Of a stretch of 64,000 bases of DNA, positions 37,009 to 45,742 are shown in pieces; position 1 is the first letter of the stretch, and the number at the start of each line of letters is the position of its first letter. The stretch is from Acidobacteriota bacterium (GTDB taxonomy: Bacteria > Acidobacteriota > UBA6911 > RPQK01 > JAJDTT01), in assembly GCA_965217775.1 (NCBI GenBank), contig CBDCJH010000002.1:5024001-5088000 (forward strand), written 5' to 3'. Below the pieces are notes generated by a model. The model had not been told where the DNA came from. It was given only the letters and a program-made list of their open reading frames with translations, and searched no databases. The position numbers were made by a program, and so were the translations under genes.

Positions 37009-37800
37009 CTAGAAGCTGCCGCTCCGCCGTTCCCTTGAGGGCATGATCTCCAAGCAGGTGGTCCACCACCCGGTCTGCGTCGTCTCCACGAATTCCTCCG
37101 GCAGCCCTTCGTCACGCATCTCCCGGGCCAGCCGCCGGTGATCGTATCGGAGCGGGCGAAACTCGAATCTGAAGTCGGAGCCGTCCGATTCCAGGAGGGT
37201 GTACCAGACGTTGGGGCGCCCGTCGTTCTCGGGGCGGCCGATGACCCCCACGTTGAAGAAGTGTTTTCGGCCGGGAAGTTCCCGATGCCACTTCAGGCCC
37301 GTATGGGTGCAACAAAGGACGTCCGCCCCGGCGTTGTCAAGAAAGCCGGAGAGCAGATGGTCGGGCGAGGTGCTGTCCCACAGGAACTCGTTGACCTGCC
37401 GGGGAGATCCGTGGCAGAGGCGAACCTTCAGCGGGCCCAGTTCAAAAGCGAGGTTGGAAGGGAGCGTTCCCAGCCAATCCTTGTTTTCCCTGGAGGTGTT
37501 CCGAAACGTGTATTCGTAGCTGATCAGGGCGAAACGGTTGTCGGCGGGGTCGGTGTAGCCGCAGCCGCAGTCCTCATTTCCCTGCGCCAGCGAAAGGTCG
37601 TAGTTCCCGGCGATGCTCCGGATCTCGCCGGAGCGCAGTAGCGGAAAGGACCGGTCGGGATGGGGTCCGAATCCCCCCATGTCGCCCAGGCAGAAGATGG
37701 CGTCGACTTGGGATGCCCGGCATTCCCGCACCAGTTCGCCGAGCGCCAGGTAGTTGTTGTAGACCCCTCCAAAAAGAGCGACCCTCCGATAGCTCTGCAT
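37009..37800 (-). CDS. Calcineurin-like metallophosphoesterase
   Basis: CLGDMGG, AGNYD, CHGSP, THTG and NVG motifs; the first motif is atypical (GGVYNN instead of D.H.N). Confidence 0.85.
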   Translation of the reverse strand: MQSYRRVALFGGVYNNYLALGELVRECRASQVDAIFCLGDMGGFGPHPDRSFPLLRSGEIRSIAGNYDLSLAQGNEDCGCGYTDPADNRFALISYEYTFRNTSRENKDWLGTLPSNLAFELGPLKVRLCHGSPRQVNEFLWDSTSPDHLLSGFLDNAGADVLCCTHTGLKWHRELPGRKHFFNVGVIGRPENDGRPNVWYTLLESDGSDFRFEFRPLRYDHRRLAREMRDEGLPEEFVETTQTGWWTTCLEIMPSRERRSGSF

Positions 37801-37881
37801 GGCCGCCGGCCCGCCAGGCTCTCTCACTTCTCACCCGTCTTCACTCTTTCCTCTTTTCTCTTTCCTGTTTTCCTCTGCTTC

Positions 37882-38760
37882 TCAGAAGTTCTTGCAGGTC
37901 ATGCCGGTGACGTAGCAGGTGTGGCAGGAGGAATGGTAGAGGGAGCAGTCCCGGAGGCCTCCCTCCAGGTCATCCGCCAATCGGGCCTCCGGCTCGCCCA
38001 CCAGGATGGGGCAGGCATAGACTCCGTCGTGGGCCACGATTCGCGATGATGAACATTGAAGGGCATCCGGGTCCAGCTCGCGGAGCATCTCCGGCGTCAC
38101 GGGGCGCTGCCCGGAGGGAGTTGGCAGCATTCCCATTTCGAAGATGGGGATGACCTTGATCCGGGGCCGCTCGATACCAAAGGATCGGAGCAGCTTCACG
38201 TAGCGGCCGTGAAGGTCTCGCTCTCCCGTCTGCGGGTCCAGGTAGTCTCGCATCTCGGTGACCGTGAGGATGGGCAGGAAGCCGCGGTCGTAGAGCAACT
38301 TGTACGCGTTCAGGGCCTTGCGGAATGTCCCCGGGCCGCGAATGGCGTCGTTTCGCGCCTCTTCGTAGTCGTCGATGCTGATGCGGATCTCCAGGGAGAA
38401 GCGGGAGCCGTCCGCGATTCGCTGCAGGCGGTCCGCTTTCGCCCGATCGATGAGAACGCCGTTGGTCAGTACGGAGACCGGGAAATCCCGGAGGGCGCAT
38501 TCGAGTATGGACAGGAAGGACCTGTGGATGAAGGGCTCGCCGCCGGTGAAGTAGATCTCCTTCACCCCCATTCTCCGGGCATCGTCCAGGTAGCGGAAGA
38601 TGCGGGGGGCGTCCATCAGCTCCAGGGAGTGGTTGTCCGGGGCGCAACTGATGAAACAGTGATTGCAACGCAGGTTGCAGAGGGTGCCGGCGACCTGGAA
38701 CCAGAGCGTGTCCAGATGCTGGAGCGGGAGTGAGGGCGGCGCCGGAGCCATATTTCTCAT
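37882..38760 (-). CDS. Radical SAM protein with a Cys-rich C-terminus
   Basis: GTLCNLRCNHC (CX3CX2C), FTGGEPF, LTNG; C-terminal QCSSSR, ACPIL and CHTCY..GMTC. Confidence 0.88.
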   Translation of the reverse strand: MRNMAPAPPSLPLQHLDTLWFQVAGTLCNLRCNHCFISCAPDNHSLELMDAPRIFRYLDDARRMGVKEIYFTGGEPFIHRSFLSILECALRDFPVSVLTNGVLIDRAKADRLQRIADGSRFSLEIRISIDDYEEARNDAIRGPGTFRKALNAYKLLYDRGFLPILTVTEMRDYLDPQTGERDLHGRYVKLLRSFGIERPRIKVIPIFEMGMLPTPSGQRPVTPEMLRELDPDALQCSSSRIVAHDGVYACPILVGEPEARLADDLEGGLRDCSLYHSSCHTCYVTGMTCKNF

Positions 38761-38765
38761 GTTAA

Positions 38766-38800
38766 CAGCCCGTGGCAAAAGCCGTCGCGGCATTCGACCG
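38766..38800 (+). mobile_element. MITE family A, degenerate left-end fragment after TTAA
   Basis: TTAA-CAGCCCGTGGCAAAAGCCGTCGCGGCATTCGACCG, 5 nt from the radical SAM start codon. Confidence 0.78.
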
Positions 38801-38836
38801 GGCCCGATGCTTCGGAGAGGCGGGCGGGCAGGACGG

Positions 38837-41512
38837 TTACGCCGGCTTTCGGGTCGGCATCAACTGTTCCACGGACTGGAAGATGCGTTCGGTCGCCTCT
38901 TGATAGTCCTTGGGCTCCGGCAGGAAGGGCTTGCCGAACGTGATCTCCACCGGGTGGAGACGGATTCGGTTGGAGCCTCGGCGCCAAGCCTCGTAGGTCC
39001 CCGCGATTCCCACCGGCACCACGGGAACCTTCAGTTCCGTGGCGAGAATGGCCGGGCCCTTGCGGAACGGCTTCAGGTGGCCGTCGATGGAGCGGGTGCC
39101 CTCGGGGAAGACGCACAGGACCTTTCCCTTCTTGAGCCCCTCGGCGCCCAGGCGCAGGGCTTGGCGGAGATAGCGGTCCGCATCTACCGGCACCACTTTG
39201 AGGAATCGGCCCACCAGCGACGTGAACCGGCCCACGAAGTAGTCGCTGTAGCCCAGAAAGAAGATCCGCCGGGTCAGACGGTAGGGAAGCACGGCCGCCA
39301 CCAGGAAGGCGTCCAGGTAGCTGAGGTGGTTGGGACAGAGCATGAACGGATAGTCTCGGGGCAGGTTCTCGGCGCCGCGGGTCTTGACGCGGAAGAGGAT
39401 CCGAGCCAGGGTGTGGACGGTCTTGGCCGAGGCGTAGAAGGCCAGGTCCGACAGGCGCCCCTGGCCCAGGGTCTTGCGCATGAGGGCCGCATCCTGTCCT
39501 TCCAGGGGGTTCGACAGGATCTCTCCCCAGGAAAGCCAGGAACCCCGGTCGGTTCCGGCATCGGGAGATTCGGCTCCCTCCACGGCCCGGACCAGATCGT
39601 CGACGGTGAGTATCTCGGCCGCGGCCTCGTCGGAGATTCGGACCCCGAAGGTGTCTTGCAGGCTCGACAGGAACTCCACCCTTTCCAGAGAGTCGAAACC
39701 CAGGTCCAGCTCCAGGTTCATCTCCCGGTGGATGAGAGGCGCCTTGCGGGTCCGTCGAAGCAGGTCGAAGATCCGTTCCTCGGCGGAGGTCTCGGGTGCG
39801 CTGGGAGCGTCGAAGCGGGCCGGAGACTCGCTTGCGGCGCTGGCCTCGACCTCCTGTTGGAGGACGAAACGTTTGATCTTCCGGGTGGTGGTGCGGGGAA
39901 GGGGCTCGGTCCGAATGGCGAAGCTGTGGACTCGCTTGTAGGCGGGCAACTGTTGGGAGATCCCTTCCAGCAGGTAGTGGATCATCTCCTGGGAATTGAC
40001 CACCTGATTGCTGCGCAGCACGTCGAAGTCGGGGACGATGACGGCGTGGAGCCGTTCCTGAATCTCGCCTTCGGGCGTCTGGACGCCCAGCACGCACATC
40101 TCCTTGATGTAGGGACAGTGGCTCTGGTAGTGGTGCTCCACCTCTTCGGGGAAGACGTTCTTTCCCGAAGGCAGGACGATCATCTCCTTGTCACGCCCGG
40201 TGATGTAGAGGCTGCCGGATTCGGACACGTAGCCCAGGTCGCCGCTGTCGAGCCAGCCGTCCCGAAAGGTCTTCTCCGTCTCTTCGGGATTCTTCCAGTA
40301 CCCGTGCATGATGTTCTCGCCCCGGATCAGGACGCGCCCGATCCCGTCCGAATCGGCGCCCTGAATTCGGATCCGGACGTGGGGAAGAGGCATTCCGACC
40401 GAACCCAACTCCCGGGTGGAGGGTGGGTTCAGCGTGGCCAGGGCCGCCGTCTCGGTCATGCCGTAGGCCTGGATGATGGTGAAGCCCAGATCACGCAACG
40501 ACAGGGCCACCTTCTCGTCGAAGCGGGCGCCGCCGACGCCGAAGTAGCGGAACTGGAGTCCGAACTTGCCGTGCAGGGGCCGGAACAGGGTGCGTCCCGG
40601 GTTGAAACCGAGCTTCCGGTTGCAGAATCGGGAAAAGGCCAGGAGGCAACGGAAAAGGATTCTGCGCACCAGCGGCTGTTTCCCGATCTCCTGGAGGATA
40701 CGCCGGTGAAGCAGATAGTAGAACTGGGGCACGCAGACGAAGATGGTGATCATCTCCTCTCGAAATGCGCGCAGCACCCGCTGGGCTTCCAGGGTGTCCA
40801 GATAGGTCACCCTCGCTCCCGCGTAGAGCGGGATGATGAAATTGGCCACCAGAGCCAGCACGTGATAGAGGGGGAGGACCGAAAGGATGTGGTCTTTGGA
40901 GGAGACCTGGATCATCTTCAGGAGCTCGCCCATGTTCCGGTACACGTTTCGGCGGCTCAGGACCACACCCTTGGGATTGCCCGTGGTGCCGCTCGTGTAC
41001 AGGATGAGGAAAGGTTCGTCGGTCCCTCTTTCGACCAGCGGCATGGAAGCGGTTCCGTCGAATTCTTCCAGCACCCGGTCCCATTGATTCTCCGCCTCGG
41101 GAACCTCACCCACCGTCAGGACCGGGAGGGTGTAGCCCAGGTGTTCCCAGATCGGCGCCAGACGCGGATGGAAGCGTTCCGAACAGATCACGAACTGGCA
41201 CCCGGCATGCTCGAGGAGATAAGCCAGGGTCTCGTCCGTGTGGAGGACGTCGAAGGGCGCCATCACGGCGCCGGTGCTCTGTGCCGCCAGGAAAGCGATT
41301 CCCCAGCGCGGATGGTTCTCCATCAGGATGGCCACAGTGTCCCCCTCCCGGACGCCGTGGTGCTGCAGGAAAAGGGCGATGGAGGAGACTTCCCGTCCGA
41401 TCCGGCGGTAGCTGAAAACTTCCCGCCCCTCGTCGTTGATGCCCTGCAGGGCGACTTGGTCCGGGATGGCGTCCAGGTGACGCTCCAATTGGCTGAAGAA
41501 ATGGAGATTCAT
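38837..41512 (-). CDS. Trifunctional acyl-CoA/ACP ligase - acyl carrier domain - PlsC acyltransferase
   Basis: YTSGTTGNPKG and YGMTE (AMP-binding); LGFDSL (phosphopantetheine site); NHLSYLD and FPEGTRS (PlsC). Confidence 0.92.
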   Translation of the reverse strand: MNLHFFSQLERHLDAIPDQVALQGINDEGREVFSYRRIGREVSSIALFLQHHGVREGDTVAILMENHPRWGIAFLAAQSTGAVMAPFDVLHTDETLAYLLEHAGCQFVICSERFHPRLAPIWEHLGYTLPVLTVGEVPEAENQWDRVLEEFDGTASMPLVERGTDEPFLILYTSGTTGNPKGVVLSRRNVYRNMGELLKMIQVSSKDHILSVLPLYHVLALVANFIIPLYAGARVTYLDTLEAQRVLRAFREEMITIFVCVPQFYYLLHRRILQEIGKQPLVRRILFRCLLAFSRFCNRKLGFNPGRTLFRPLHGKFGLQFRYFGVGGARFDEKVALSLRDLGFTIIQAYGMTETAALATLNPPSTRELGSVGMPLPHVRIRIQGADSDGIGRVLIRGENIMHGYWKNPEETEKTFRDGWLDSGDLGYVSESGSLYITGRDKEMIVLPSGKNVFPEEVEHHYQSHCPYIKEMCVLGVQTPEGEIQERLHAVIVPDFDVLRSNQVVNSQEMIHYLLEGISQQLPAYKRVHSFAIRTEPLPRTTTRKIKRFVLQQEVEASAASESPARFDAPSAPETSAEERIFDLLRRTRKAPLIHREMNLELDLGFDSLERVEFLSSLQDTFGVRISDEAAAEILTVDDLVRAVEGAESPDAGTDRGSWLSWGEILSNPLEGQDAALMRKTLGQGRLSDLAFYASAKTVHTLARILFRVKTRGAENLPRDYPFMLCPNHLSYLDAFLVAAVLPYRLTRRIFFLGYSDYFVGRFTSLVGRFLKVVPVDADRYLRQALRLGAEGLKKGKVLCVFPEGTRSIDGHLKPFRKGPAILATELKVPVVPVGIAGTYEAWRRGSNRIRLHPVEITFGKPFLPEPKDYQEATERIFQSVEQLMPTRKPA

Positions 41513-41644
41513 GAGCTTGTGAACGAGGTTATCGTAGCATGGACCGGTTTGGAGGGGCGACTTTCTTGTCGCCCATTCTTCTACGCCCCCATGCTCTTGG
41601 TTCCATAATCTCGAATTCTTGTGCAAATAGACGAAGAATCTGGG

Positions 41645-41668
41645 GTAGGGGCGCCCCTTTGGGTGCCC
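41645..41668. repeat. GTAG-type REP palindrome
   Basis: GTAGGGGCGCCCCTTTGGGTGCCC. Confidence 0.68.
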
Positions 41669-41741
41669 GCTTCGGTCCAAAGCGGAGCAAGATGCGGCCA
41701 GTTGAAGGTCCGGGAGCTGGAACGCCGCCGCTCCGGGACGG

Positions 41742-41966
41742 TCATTTTGCCGCGCGAGACCAGGCCACGGAGTCGGCCACTTCGGCCTCCGGGATGCCGA
41801 GATCAGCCAGCTTGGCTCGCACGGCGCCGGCACGAGTCAGACGAACGGGCGTGAGCACAATTCGGCCGTTTTCCATGGTCACATCGAAATACTTGGAGTC
41901 TTGGAAGTCGGCGAGCACCGCCTTGGGCAGGGTTAATTGGTTCTTGGAGGTCAGTTTGGCCAACAT
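41742..41966 (-). CDS. AbrB/MazE-family antitoxin (orphan)
   Basis: MLAKLTSKNQLTLPKA...GRIVLTPV; SD GGGGAG. Confidence 0.85.
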   Translation of the reverse strand: MLAKLTSKNQLTLPKAVLADFQDSKYFDVTMENGRIVLTPVRLTRAGAVRAKLADLGIPEAEVADSVAWSRAAK

Positions 41967-42002
41967 CGAGAAATCTCCCCTGACTCGAATTCGGAATCAC
42001 AG

Positions 42003-42160
42003 CAGTCCGTGGTGAAAGTCCCGCGAGCACCGAGACCGTTCCTGCGCCCGCCGGACAAGGCGCGATTCGGGTGCATACCGGGAGTATGTGAGCCGATAGC
42101 AACGCAGTCCGCCGGGATGCAGGGACGGTCGAATGCCGTGATGACTTTTGCCACGGGCTG
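42003..42160 (-). mobile_element. MITE family A, copy 4 (158 bp), imperfect ACAG/ATAG target duplication
   Basis: Reverse-complement copy with several substitutions; terminal repeats intact. Confidence 0.9.
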
Positions 42161-42369
42161 ATAGAGACAATGTGCTCGTTTCTCGTTCCATAAGGATGAT
42201 CTTGTCTGTCGGATGGTTGGGGATGAGCGCCGCGCGAAAGAGGGTGCAGTAATCTGCCCTCGCCACGACCGCTCGGCCTTTCGTGCGGAGCCGTTTCGGC
42301 CGCACCGGAGCCTCTGGTCATGACGGCCGGCCGTACACCCCTGCGGAATTAATGTCAGGGGTGGGGGGC

Positions 42370-42520
42370 TATAATCCGTCCCCGAGAAGGGCGTCCCTTG
42401 TCCCACCGAGATTCATCAGCCTCTCTCCAATCAACTCGGCAGCGCCCTTCTCAACCCCTGCCGCCCTCCAACAAGTCATTCGAGAGGGAGTGACTGTGCG
42501 TCACCCGCCCGCGGCATAGC
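42370..42520 (+). ncRNA. Candidate structured RNA or orphan 5' leader behind a TATAAT box
   Basis: TATAAT at 42370-42375; stems 42384-42393/42443-42452, 42406-42410/42435-42439 and 42474-42481/42488-42495; no substantial ORF follows. Confidence 0.35.
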
Positions 42521-42540
42521 GCCGGACGAGAACGCCCAAA

Positions 42541-42924
42541 TCAGCCGCGCCTGCCGCGATGGAGCACCACGGTGAAGTCGAAGCAGTCCAGAACTCGATG
42601 GATCTTTTCCAGCGTCCGGAGCGGGTCCGCCCGAGCCGGCGTCCGGTCCACGGCCCTTCTCACCAGGTCGGAGTTGGTGGTCAGCCGCCGCTGGGCCAAG
42701 TCGACCTCCACCCAATGAGTCGCCCTGCGCCGGGGAGGGTCGACATCGATCTGCAACGTATATCCCAGCAACTTCAAGATGGCCGTCGCCGGGTCGGAAG
42801 CATCCAGAACGTCGTCCAGGTAGCGGAGCAGATCCACGGCCAGCCAGCCGTTCCTGGGAAAAATCAGGATGTACCAGGTCCGTTCCAGCCTGAAGCTGAG
42901 GGAGCCGGTCTCGGCGGAATCCAT
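42541..42924 (-). CDS. Hypothetical protein
   Basis: 127-aa ORF; TAGACT 6 nt before the ATG. Confidence 0.6.
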   Translation of the reverse strand: MDSAETGSLSFRLERTWYILIFPRNGWLAVDLLRYLDDVLDASDPATAILKLLGYTLQIDVDPPRRRATHWVEVDLAQRRLTTNSDLVRRAVDRTPARADPLRTLEKIHRVLDCFDFTVVLHRGRRG

Positions 42925-43090
42925 GCCCGCAGTCTAGTGGTCCGTCCGCCGTCCGGGAAGGCCCCGATCCTCCTGCGTGCTCTCATCCTCGCGTCACGTC
43001 GGCAATCGTGACTCGGGACCGGTTCCCGAGAACCTGTGCACGACTCCTCCTCTTCTCTCACTCCTCACTCCTCTTTCCTCACTTCCCGTC

Positions 43091-43118
43091 TTGAATCTGC
43101 TCAGGCAGTTGGTACAAT
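43091..43118 (+). promoter_or_regulatory. Sigma-70-type promoter of the oxidase operon
   Basis: TTGAAT-16 nt-TACAAT with an extended TG; GGAGG SD downstream. Confidence 0.6.
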
Positions 43119-43144
43119 GGCGTCGATTTTTGGAGGCGTGACGC

Positions 43145-43930
43145 ATGATATTGGCGGTGGCGATCTGGATCATCACGATAGTTTCCACGGTACTGATGGT
43201 CGGCAAGTACTGGTGGTTTCCCGAAGTGGCATCGGCGCATGGCGGCGACCTGGACCGGCAGTTCATGGTGACCCTGGTGGTGACCGGAGTCGTTTTCATT
43301 CTGGCCCAGGTGGGACTCGGCTACGCTATTGCGCGCTATCGGGACGGGGCGGGAAGGGTGGCCCACTACACCCACGGGAGTGAGAAGCTCGAGGTGATCT
43401 GGACCCTGGCCACCACCGTGGTCTTCTTCGCCATGGTGATCCCGGGCCAGAGCATCTGGGCCAGCCTCTATCTCTCCGAAGCCCCCGAGGACGCCATCCG
43501 CATCGAGGTGACCGGACAACAGTTCGCCTGGAACATGAGGTATCCCGGCGCCGACGGCGAGTTCGGGCGGGTGGCTCCGGACCTCATCAATGACGAAGGA
43601 GGCAATCCGCTGGGATTGGACCTGTCCGATGCCGCCGCCCAGGACGACCTGGTCGTTCCCATCATGGCGATCCCCCTGGGCAAGCCGATAGAGTTGCTCC
43701 TGCGCTCCAAGGACGTGACTCATGCCTTCTCGGTGCGGGAGCTTCGGGTCAAACAGGACCTGGTTCCGGGGCTGCTCATTCCGATCCAGTTCACGGCCAC
43801 CCGGACCGGCCGGTTTGAGATCGCCTGCGCCGAGTTGTGCGGGCTGCAGCATTACAACATGCGAAGTTTTCTGGAGGTGCTTTCGGAGGCGGACTTCGCC
43901 CAGTGGCTGAAGGACCAGGCTGAAGAATAG
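43145..43930 (+). CDS. coxB: Cytochrome c oxidase subunit II (CuA, no fused cytochrome c)
   Basis: DVTHAF and CAELCGLQHYNM CuA ligands. Confidence 0.94.
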   Translation: MILAVAIWIITIVSTVLMVGKYWWFPEVASAHGGDLDRQFMVTLVVTGVVFILAQVGLGYAIARYRDGAGRVAHYTHGSEKLEVIWTLATTVVFFAMVIPGQSIWASLYLSEAPEDAIRIEVTGQQFAWNMRYPGADGEFGRVAPDLINDEGGNPLGLDLSDAAAQDDLVVPIMAIPLGKPIELLLRSKDVTHAFSVRELRVKQDLVPGLLIPIQFTATRTGRFEIACAELCGLQHYNMRSFLEVLSEADFAQWLKDQAEE

Positions 43931-43960
43931 GGTGCCGGAGACCCAGGGAGTGTGACCGAT

Positions 43961-45739
43961 ATGGCAGAAGAGGTTCAGACGCACGCCGCTCACCACGAAG
44001 CGCCGTCAGGCTGGGTTCGAAAGTACTTTTTCAGCACCGACCACAAGGTGATCGGGATCCAGTACTACCTGCTGGCTCTGTTCTCGGTTCTGGTGGGAGT
44101 GGGCCTGTCGGTGCTGATTCGGTTGAACCTGGCATGGCCGGGCTCCGAGATCTCCGTTTTGGGCACCCTCTTTCCGGAGGGGGCTCCGGGCGGAATCATG
44201 ACGCCCGAATTCTACCTGGCCATGCTCACCATGCATGGCACCATCATGGTCTTCTTCGTCCTGACCACGGCCCCTCAGGGCGGCTTCGGGAACTATTTTC
44301 TGCCCATCCAGATCGGTGCCGACGACATGGCCTTTCCCATCCTGAACATGCTCTCGTTCTGGATCACTTTCCTGGCTCTGGGCGTGCTCATGGCCGCTTT
44401 CTTCGTGGAGGGAGGAGCGCCCATCTCAGGATGGACGGCCTATCCTCCCCTGAGCGCATTGGGGGAGATCGCCGGACCGGGACTGGGAACGGGACAGAGC
44501 CTCTGGGTGGTGAGCATCGCCCTGTTCTGCGTGGCCTCGCTCCTGGGCGCCCTGAACTTCATCACCACCACCATCGACATGCGGGCCAAGGGCCTGACCA
44601 TGATGCGCCTGCCGCTGACGGTCTGGGCCTGGTTCGTCACCGCCATCCTGGGTCTGCTGGCCTTCGGAGTGCTGCTGGCCGCGGGAGTCCTCCTGCTCCT
44701 GGACCGGTGGGCCGGGACCAGCTTCTTCATTCCCGGCGGCCTGGTGGTGAGTGACCAGGTCATCGATCATACGGGCGGATCGCCGCTCCTCTGGCAGCAT
44801 CTGTTCTGGTTCTTCGGCCATCCCGAGGTCTACATCGCCATCCTTCCGGGAATGGGAGTCGTCTCTCACATCCTGGCCACCTTCGCCCGCAAGCCGATTT
44901 TCGGTTACAAGGCCATGGCCTTCGCCCTCATCGGCATCGGCGCGGTGAGCTTCATCGTCTGGGGCCACCACATGTTCCTGAGCGGGATGAGCCCCTACAC
45001 CGCCATCGTCTTCTCCCTCACCACCACGGCGGTGGCCGTACCCTCGGCCATCAAGACCTTCAACTGGCTGGGAACCCTCTGGGGAGGGCGGATCCAATTG
45101 ACGACCGCCATGCTCTATGCCCTGGGTTTCGTCTCCCTGTTCGTGAGCGGGGGCGTGACCGGTCTCTTCCTGAACCAGCCCGCGGTGGACGTCTATCTCC
45201 ACGACACCTACTTCGTGGTGGGGCACTTCCACATGATCATGGGCGTGGCCGCCATCTTCGGCATCTTCGGCGCCACCTATTACTGGTTCTCCAAGATGTT
45301 CGGGCGCCATCTGAACGAGTTCTGGGGCAAGGTCCACTTCTGGTTCACCTTCATCGGGGTCTACTGCATCTTCATGCCCATGCACAATCTGGGGATCGCG
45401 GGGCAACCCCGGAGATACGCCGAACTGACCGCCTTCGATTTTCTGCAGCCCCTGGTCTCTCTGCAGCAGTTCATCACGGTGGCGGCCTTCATCACGGCGG
45501 CCGCCCAGATCATCTTCGTGGCCAACTTCGCCTACAGTTTCTTCAAGGGCCGGGTGGCGGAAAGGAACCCCTGGCGGGCGACCACCATCGAATGGGAAGT
45601 CCCCTCTCCTCCGCCCCATGACAATTTCGCCGGCAAGTTTCCGGTGGTGCATCGCGGCCCCTACGAGTACAGCGTCCCGGGCGCCAAGGAAGATTTCGTC
45701 CCTCAAACCGCTCCCGACGCACGGGCGACCACCGGCTAA
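43961..45739 (+). CDS. coxA: Cytochrome c oxidase subunit I, type A1
   Basis: TDHKVIG, MHGTIM, DMAFP, WFFGHPEVY, WGHHMF and HDTYFVVGHFH motifs. Confidence 0.97.
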   Translation: MAEEVQTHAAHHEAPSGWVRKYFFSTDHKVIGIQYYLLALFSVLVGVGLSVLIRLNLAWPGSEISVLGTLFPEGAPGGIMTPEFYLAMLTMHGTIMVFFVLTTAPQGGFGNYFLPIQIGADDMAFPILNMLSFWITFLALGVLMAAFFVEGGAPISGWTAYPPLSALGEIAGPGLGTGQSLWVVSIALFCVASLLGALNFITTTIDMRAKGLTMMRLPLTVWAWFVTAILGLLAFGVLLAAGVLLLLDRWAGTSFFIPGGLVVSDQVIDHTGGSPLLWQHLFWFFGHPEVYIAILPGMGVVSHILATFARKPIFGYKAMAFALIGIGAVSFIVWGHHMFLSGMSPYTAIVFSLTTTAVAVPSAIKTFNWLGTLWGGRIQLTTAMLYALGFVSLFVSGGVTGLFLNQPAVDVYLHDTYFVVGHFHMIMGVAAIFGIFGATYYWFSKMFGRHLNEFWGKVHFWFTFIGVYCIFMPMHNLGIAGQPRRYAELTAFDFLQPLVSLQQFITVAAFITAAAQIIFVANFAYSFFKGRVAERNPWRATTIEWEVPSPPPHDNFAGKFPVVHRGPYEYSVPGAKEDFVPQTAPDARATTG

Positions 45740-45742
45740 AAG

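Noticed and set aside
38663-41608. 981-aa plus-strand ORF, and other long shadow ORFs such as 2198-3688, 17666-19165 and 44426-45892
   Set aside because: They are antisense to well-supported genes, lack motifs, and are expected in high-GC DNA.
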